In this document: positions 58,204 through 64,000 of the stretch, in pieces
How positions within the stretch are numbered: the first letter of the stretch is position 1
How the letters are laid out: every line of letters begins with the position of its first letter
Made by a program: the position numbers and the translations under genes
The notes under the pieces: model-generated
The model's database searches: none
What the model saw: only the letters and a program-made list of their open reading frames with translations
Told to the model about the DNA's origin: nothing
DNA from: Nitrospirota bacterium
GTDB taxonomy: Bacteria; Nitrospirota; Thermodesulfovibrionia; Thermodesulfovibrionales; Dissulfurispiraceae
DNA: 64,000 nucleotides
Assembly (NCBI GenBank): GCA_040758355.1
Contig: JBFLWF010000014.1
Span: 1 to 64,000, forward strand
Direction of reading: 5' to 3'

Positions 58204-61200
58204 TTATAATCCCTCGCACCACTGCCGTGCATTCTGAAACATCTTCAGCCATGGCGATGCCTTAAGGTCTTTCTTCATCTCCTCCGGCATCCATGCCCAC
58301 TGCCACTTCAGGAATGTCCTTTCAGGATGGGGCATAAGGGCAAGATGCCTGCCGTCAAGGGTGCACAATGCCGTGATCCCGAATGGCGAACCATTGGGAT
58401 TGAATGGATACTTTTCTGTGAATTCTCCATTGTCATCAACCCATCTGATAGGTGCAAGTTTTTTATCTATTACTTCATTCAATATGTTTTTATCGGGGAA
58501 ATGTGCAAGCCCCTCTCCATGTGCTACCCAGACTCCTAAAACAGAGCCTTCCATATCTTTCAGCATTATTGACGGACTCTCAATAATCCTGACTGTGGCG
58601 AATCTGGACTCAAATCTCCCGGACTCGTTATGTATGAACCTCGGCTGGAATTTATCATCGATCCCCTGCCATGGAACCCAACCGAGGAGCGCCATTAACT
58701 GGCATCCGTTGCATACGCCGAGACTGAAGGTGTCGGTCTTGTTGTAAAAACCATTGAACTGCTCATGGAGCTTTTTGTTGAATTTTATTGTTCCTGCCCA
58801 GCCTTTTGCAGAGTCGAGGACATCGGCATAGCTGAAGCCGCCCACAAAGGCCACGCCTTTAAATCTGGAGAGATTTATTTTTTCATTCAGGAGATCTGTC
58901 ATTGTTACATCCCATGGTTCAAATCCTGACAGGTAAAAGGCCGATGTCATCTCCCTGTCGCCATTGCTTCCTTCCTCGCGGATTATTGCCACTGCAGGTT
59001 TTACATCCCTCTTTAAGATTATTTCAGGCGTCTGCTCAGGCGTGAAAGGGATGTTGTATGATGGTCCTGTCCTGTCATAAATGACCTCTTTTTCTTCAAG
59101 GACGCATTCAGGATTTGCCTGAAGTACATCCAGTTTATGGCTTGTTTCTTCCCATAGTGCCCTGAGTCTCCTCATGTCTTCGTCAAGGACCAGATCTCCG
59201 TTGGAGAATATCTTGATCCTTTTTTCTGCTATGCTTTTGCCTATGGGATGATAGGGTACTGAAAAATTCTCAAGCACGGAGATTATCGAGTCTTCTTTTT
59301 CCGGGGCATACTCTATAACGAACCCCAGTTCTTCCGAAAATAAAATTGGCATGAGACCTTTTGAGCCGATGTTGAATAGCGTTATCTCCAATCCGCAGTT
59401 TCCTGAAAATGCCATTTCAAGAAGTGTTGTGATAAGTCCGCCGTCGCTCCTGTCATGTCCTGATAATATAAGTTCTTTATCTATCAGTTCCTGAATCGCA
59501 TTGAAGGCATCCTTTAGCAACTGCGTATTATCCGCATCAGGGGATTCATCGCCAACCTGTTTGTAGCAGTGGGCAAGGGCCGAGCCCCCTAACCTGTTCT
59601 TCCCGTTACCGAGGTCTATGTAAATAAGCCTGCTCTTGTCCGGCCTTTTAATATCAGGGGTAACAACCTTTGTTATGTCGGGACATGTGGCATAGGCAGA
59701 GATCACAAGCGTGCCCGGTGATTTTACTGTTTCTACCTCTCCTGACGGATGCACAACCTTTGCTGCCATGGAAAGACTGTCCTTGCCTCCGTCCACGGCT
59801 ATGCCCAGTTCCAGCATCATATCCCTCATGGCAATTGCCGCGTCATAGAGATTTGCACCCTCACCAGGAAGCTTTGGGGCCCACATCCAGTTTGCCGAGC
59901 ATTTGATATCACGCAATGAGCTTATCTTTGCCCACACAATGTTTGTCAGCGCCTCGCCGACGCTCATCCGAGCCATTGCAGAGGGATTTATAAGACCCTT
60001 AATCGGCTGTTCTCCAATAGATATGGCTGCACCGGCAAGAGAAAAATGGCTCTGGGCAATAACCGCCACGTCAGAGACAGTAAGCTGAAGGGGGCCTGCA
60101 CACTGCTGTCTTGCTATCAGTCCTGTGACAGACCTGTCCACTTTATTTGTGAGAAATCTCTTTGAACCCACAGAAACAAGTCTTAATACCCTGTCGAGGG
60201 CATCCATTATTGTCATGTTATCAGGGAAATGAAGATGTTGGTTATTAAAGGAGGCGCGGTCAAGGTGAAAGGTCTTTTGCGGCATATCGCCCAGTACCTT
60301 TTCGAGGCTTAAGTTCTCGACAACTGAACCGTCTTTTCCATTATAAAGTACAATATAACCGTCACCTGTTACCTCGCCTATAACGGCAACCGGCACCTTT
60401 TCCCTTTCGCAGAGGCCTTTGAACATGGCGATACTGTCTGAGTGTATGAGAATGGCATCCTGCTCCTGATATTCTGCTCCCCATATTTCCAGTACCGAAA
60501 GGGTATTGTCGCCGATGATAATCTTTCTGATGTCTATTTTTGCACCTGCGGGATGGATGATCTCTTTAACCACATTGCAATTTCCGCCTGCACCCTGGTC
60601 GTGTATGCTGACGATAGGGTTTTTATCCCCGAGTTCAACACAAGCCCTTATAACCCTGTTAAGCTTCTGCTCCATTTCTGCATCGCCGCGCTGTACAGCA
60701 TTGAAATCCAGCTCCTCTATATTTTCTCCTGATATCATGCTCGATGCGGCTCCTCCGCCCATTCCTATGCGGTATGCAGGGCCTCCTATTTTTACAACTA
60801 CCATGTCTTTTTCAGGCTCGCCTTTTTCTAAGTGTTTTGCATCCATTTGCCCGACGCCGCCTGTGAACATGATGGGCTTTATCCATTCCCTGCGCTCGCC
60901 GTCAGGCATTTTCAATCCGAAAGACCTTGTGAATCCCTGTATCACAGGCTCTCCAAACTTGTTACCGTAGTCTGATGCGCCATTGCTCGCCTCTATTTCT
61001 ATCTGTAAGGGAGAGGCGAGATTTTTGGGGTAAACAAAAGAGCCGTGCTCCCATGGAAGTGGATAGTCGGGAATGAAGAGGTTTCCAACGCAATAGGCAG
61101 CAGTGCCTGCAATCACAAGACTTCCCTTGCCTGTGGCATGGACATCCCTTATCCTTCCGCCTGTGCCTGTTTCTGCACCGGGGAACGGGGCAACGCCTGT

Positions 61201-62163
61201 CGGGAAATTGTGTGTCTCGGCAGTGAAGATTATGTGGTAAGTTGCCTCCATTTCCCTGAAAGGAGACGGCTTTCCCGGATTATCGGGCAATATCGTATGT
61301 ATAGTGTAGCCTCTTATGGCGCTGGAATTGTCTTTAAACGCAATGACGCTGTTGTTGGGATTTCTTTTGTAGGGCTCTTTGACGATCTGCATAAGGCTTT
61401 CAGGGATCTCTTTACCGTCAATGATGAGCCTGCCTTTGAAAAACCAGTGTCTTGAATGTTCGCTGTTTGACTGGCTTAAGTCGAAGCATTCCACATTTGT
61501 AGGGTTTCTCTTGAGGTCGTTTGCAAAGAGGTTGTAATAATAGTCGATATCCCAATCATCGAGGCCGAGTCCCATCTCGTGGTTTATCTTCATCAAGGCT
61601 GGCTTGCCTTCTTCTATGAGGGGGATTATTTTTACAGGCTCGGGGATTATCCCTGTCTCGAATGTTGTTAAGGGTTCTGGATACATGCATTCTGTCATTC
61701 TGTCGTGGATGAGTTCTAAAAGCGGCTGAGGGCTAAAGGCTGAAGGTTGAAGTCCGGATTTTAAAATTAATTTGTATCTCCTTGAGCGCTCTATGCGTTT
61801 TATCTTTGTGAGTCCGCATGCGTGACAAATGGAGACGGCATTTGTGGACCATGCAGTGGTGAAGTTCATTCTCGGCCCGACCTCAAAAACTGGTGAATGG
61901 GTAAATCGGTGAATGGGTGAATCGGTTAAAAAACTTGTGTCGGAAAAATTATCAGGCTCGAAGGTTTCTGCCAAAAGCCATTTAAGTTTATTCAATTCGG
62001 CGTCTGTGAGCGGTTCCGAGGATTCTATATTAAAGCAGAACTCTGTTTCTATATCCTTAATGTCAGTGATTATCTTTTCACTGACTGTCTTTAAGAGGAC
62101 AGCCTTTTTGTATGAAGAAAGGGCAGGAGTGCGATGCATATGCAAGAGTCCCTTTTTAGACAT
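58204..62163 (-). CDS. purL: Phosphoribosylformylglycinamidine synthase, large fused form
   Basis: SEHSRH, ETHNFP, GGKDS, GVCNGCQ, MPHPER; 1319 aa. Confidence 0.97.
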   Translation of the reverse strand: MSKKGLLHMHRTPALSSYKKAVLLKTVSEKIITDIKDIETEFCFNIESSEPLTDAELNKLKWLLAETFEPDNFSDTSFLTDSPIHRFTHSPVFEVGPRMNFTTAWSTNAVSICHACGLTKIKRIERSRRYKLILKSGLQPSAFSPQPLLELIHDRMTECMYPEPLTTFETGIIPEPVKIIPLIEEGKPALMKINHEMGLGLDDWDIDYYYNLFANDLKRNPTNVECFDLSQSNSEHSRHWFFKGRLIIDGKEIPESLMQIVKEPYKRNPNNSVIAFKDNSSAIRGYTIHTILPDNPGKPSPFREMEATYHIIFTAETHNFPTGVAPFPGAETGTGGRIRDVHATGKGSLVIAGTAAYCVGNLFIPDYPLPWEHGSFVYPKNLASPLQIEIEASNGASDYGNKFGEPVIQGFTRSFGLKMPDGERREWIKPIMFTGGVGQMDAKHLEKGEPEKDMVVVKIGGPAYRIGMGGGAASSMISGENIEELDFNAVQRGDAEMEQKLNRVIRACVELGDKNPIVSIHDQGAGGNCNVVKEIIHPAGAKIDIRKIIIGDNTLSVLEIWGAEYQEQDAILIHSDSIAMFKGLCEREKVPVAVIGEVTGDGYIVLYNGKDGSVVENLSLEKVLGDMPQKTFHLDRASFNNQHLHFPDNMTIMDALDRVLRLVSVGSKRFLTNKVDRSVTGLIARQQCAGPLQLTVSDVAVIAQSHFSLAGAAISIGEQPIKGLINPSAMARMSVGEALTNIVWAKISSLRDIKCSANWMWAPKLPGEGANLYDAAIAMRDMMLELGIAVDGGKDSLSMAAKVVHPSGEVETVKSPGTLVISAYATCPDITKVVTPDIKRPDKSRLIYIDLGNGKNRLGGSALAHCYKQVGDESPDADNTQLLKDAFNAIQELIDKELILSGHDRSDGGLITTLLEMAFSGNCGLEITLFNIGSKGLMPILFSEELGFVIEYAPEKEDSIISVLENFSVPYHPIGKSIAEKRIKIFSNGDLVLDEDMRRLRALWEETSHKLDVLQANPECVLEEKEVIYDRTGPSYNIPFTPEQTPEIILKRDVKPAVAIIREEGSNGDREMTSAFYLSGFEPWDVTMTDLLNEKINLSRFKGVAFVGGFSYADVLDSAKGWAGTIKFNKKLHEQFNGFYNKTDTFSLGVCNGCQLMALLGWVPWQGIDDKFQPRFIHNESGRFESRFATVRIIESPSIMLKDMEGSVLGVWVAHGEGLAHFPDKNILNEVIDKKLAPIRWVDDNGEFTEKYPFNPNGSPFGITALCTLDGRHLALMPHPERTFLKWQWAWMPEEMKKDLKASPWLKMFQNARQWCEGL

Positions 62164-62282
62164 TATATCTTCTCCCTAAAGTGCTTATTAAAACACAGTC
62201 ATTTTAACATAAATCCGGCTGTTGCATAAATAAAATGTATGTTAAAATACCAATCAATCCATTTTCTTAGAGGTGTCCATTT

Positions 62283-64000
62283 ATGGAATTGAGGCTTACA
62301 TCGGATGAAGTCATAAAACTGAAAGAAAAAGAGGACATCTACTCTGCGCTGAAAAGATCGGGCATTTATCTCGTTGCATCATGCGGCGGGAAAGGCACAT
62401 GCGGGAAGTGCAAGGTGAAGATTGTTGAAGGCGACTGCGATGTAATCTCCTATGGGAAGCTTACGCAGAAAGAAAGAGAGACAGATATAGTCCTCGCATG
62501 TCAGACTGTTCCCAAAGGCAATATTCTCATCGAGATACCCAAAGAGTCAAGGCTTGTTGTAGGCGACAAGATCGCCATTGCAAGGACAAAAGACCTTGTT
62601 GAATATCTGAAATCTTTTGGTGTTGATATAAACCCTGCTGTAAAGAGGCTGTATCTTGAGCTTCTGCCTCCAACCATAAGCGATAACATCAGCGACCTTG
62701 AGAGACTGAAGAGGACTCTTGATGAAAAAGGCATGGGCAATATGAGGTTTTCCCACGGCTTTGTATCGACAATGGCTGATACCTTAAGGATTGCAAGCTG
62801 GAATGTTGAACTGACATATGTCGGCGGCGACGACATTCCATACGAAGCTATATTCCTGAGTCCGACCGATGCCTGCAACAGGCGATTTGCAATTGCAGTG
62901 GATATCGGCACAACCACGGTGGTTGTATATCTCGTAAATCTCTTAACAGGAGAGATAGTGGATATAGGCTCCACGTACAACTCGCAGATGAGATACGGCG
63001 ATGATGTTATCACGAGGATAGTGCATGCAACAGAAGGAGGCGGCCTGCCGGAATTAAGGGATGCCATTGTTACGGATATAAATACGATCGTGGATTCTTT
63101 GATGGGAAGGCACAGCATAGAGGCATGCGAGATAGATACGGCAACCATTGCAGGGAATACAACCATGTCGCATATATTCTGGGGACTGAATCCCGGCTCC
63201 ATAAGGGAAGAGCCTTACATCCCCACCCTTAATCAATTCCCGCAGTGGAAGGGAGGGACAGCAAAGCTTTCCATAAATCCACAATCGCCTGTTTACACAG
63301 TCCCTTGCGTTGCAAGCTATGTGGGAGGAGATATTGTTGCAGGAGTGCTTGCATCAAAGATGCACAGAAATCATGAGATAGCACTTTTTATGGACATAGG
63401 CACCAACGGAGAAATAGCCATAGGCAATAACGAATGGCTCATGACCGCTGCATGTTCTATGGGTCCATGCTTTGAAGGAAGCGGCATCAGGTGCGGGATG
63501 AGGGCAACATCTGGTGCAGTAGAATCTGTAAAGATAGAACCAAATACTTATGAGCCTCAGATAAGCGTTATTGGCGGAGGCCATCCAATGGGTATTTGCG
63601 GCTCAGGCATGATCGATGCCATATCGGAGATGTTTTTGACGGGTGTAATAGACCAGAAGGGCAAGTTTGTCAAAGGAAAGACAGACAGGATAAGGGAAGG
63701 CGAAGAGGGGTTGGAGTTTGTGCTTTACAGGGATGAAGCCCATCATAAAGATATAGTGCTAACAGAGGTCGATGTAGAAAACATAATCAGGGCAAAGGCA
63801 GCACTTTATGCAGGAATAAAAACCATCCTGAGCGAGGTCGGATTTACTATGGATGTCATAGAAAAGGTCTATATAGCAGGAGGCTTCGGAAATTACATCA
63901 ATGTCGAAAGGGCAGTAATACTCGGCATGCTCCCTGATATTCCGAAGGAGAGATTCGTATTCATGGGCAACACATCGATCACAGGAGCTTATCTCTGCCT
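62283..64000 (+). CDS. ASKHA-type reductive activator of corrinoid proteins (RACo/AcsV-like) with N-terminal 2Fe-2S; 3'-partial and not in the ORF track
   Basis: MELRLTS...SCGGKGTCGKC...LACQ; DIGTTT, GDDVITRI, DIGTNGE, GICGSG, AGGFG. Open to the window end. Confidence 0.92.
   Translation, partial: MELRLTSDEVIKLKEKEDIYSALKRSGIYLVASCGGKGTCGKCKVKIVEGDCDVISYGKLTQKERETDIVLACQTVPKGNILIEIPKESRLVVGDKIAIARTKDLVEYLKSFGVDINPAVKRLYLELLPPTISDNISDLERLKRTLDEKGMGNMRFSHGFVSTMADTLRIASWNVELTYVGGDDIPYEAIFLSPTDACNRRFAIAVDIGTTTVVVYLVNLLTGEIVDIGSTYNSQMRYGDDVITRIVHATEGGGLPELRDAIVTDINTIVDSLMGRHSIEACEIDTATIAGNTTMSHIFWGLNPGSIREEPYIPTLNQFPQWKGGTAKLSINPQSPVYTVPCVASYVGGDIVAGVLASKMHRNHEIALFMDIGTNGEIAIGNNEWLMTAACSMGPCFEGSGIRCGMRATSGAVESVKIEPNTYEPQISVIGGGHPMGICGSGMIDAISEMFLTGVIDQKGKFVKGKTDRIREGEEGLEFVLYRDEAHHKDIVLTEVDVENIIRAKAALYAGIKTILSEVGFTMDVIEKVYIAGGFGNYINVERAVILGMLPDIPKERFVFMGNTSITGAYLC

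Overview
A 64 kb bacterial chromosomal window, mostly housekeeping genes of an anaerobe. The gene content (Wood-Ljungdahl methyl-branch genes cooC/folD/metV/metF, a RACo-type corrinoid activator, a MesB-like methionine synthase, stand-alone atpB-atpE, a multiheme cytochrome, a PilSR/sigma54 type IV pilin locus) suggests Nitrospirota (Thermodesulfovibrionia-like) or a deltaproteobacterial relative; this taxonomy is inference. Accessory or unexplained structure: (1) an IS5-like element at the left edge truncating a probable HD-GYP gene; (2) a module of PhnD-like lipoprotein, heme-c (CXXCH) sensor kinase and sigma54 activator beside an octaheme cytochrome c with a sigma54 promoter, next to chrA and a TauE exporter; (3) a 6.1 kb element integrated in tRNA-Glu (45 bp att repeat) with tyrosine integrase, Xis, a gII/X-type rolling-circle Rep, candidate origins, a TA pair and an integron-cassette-like cargo gene, but no virion or conjugation genes; (4) three related 155-170 bp intergenic hairpin elements with variable but self-complementary stems and G.T wobbles biased to one strand; (5) many 7-8 nt tandem repeats inserted in frame in core genes (metG, purL, tmk, holB, a cyclo-ligase, a CoA activase), almost always in the stop-free orientation; (6) a pilin followed by TMTC-like GT-C and GT2 glycosyltransferases; (7) several apparently leaderless genes. 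All calls come from reading the sequence and recalling motifs; no searches were run.
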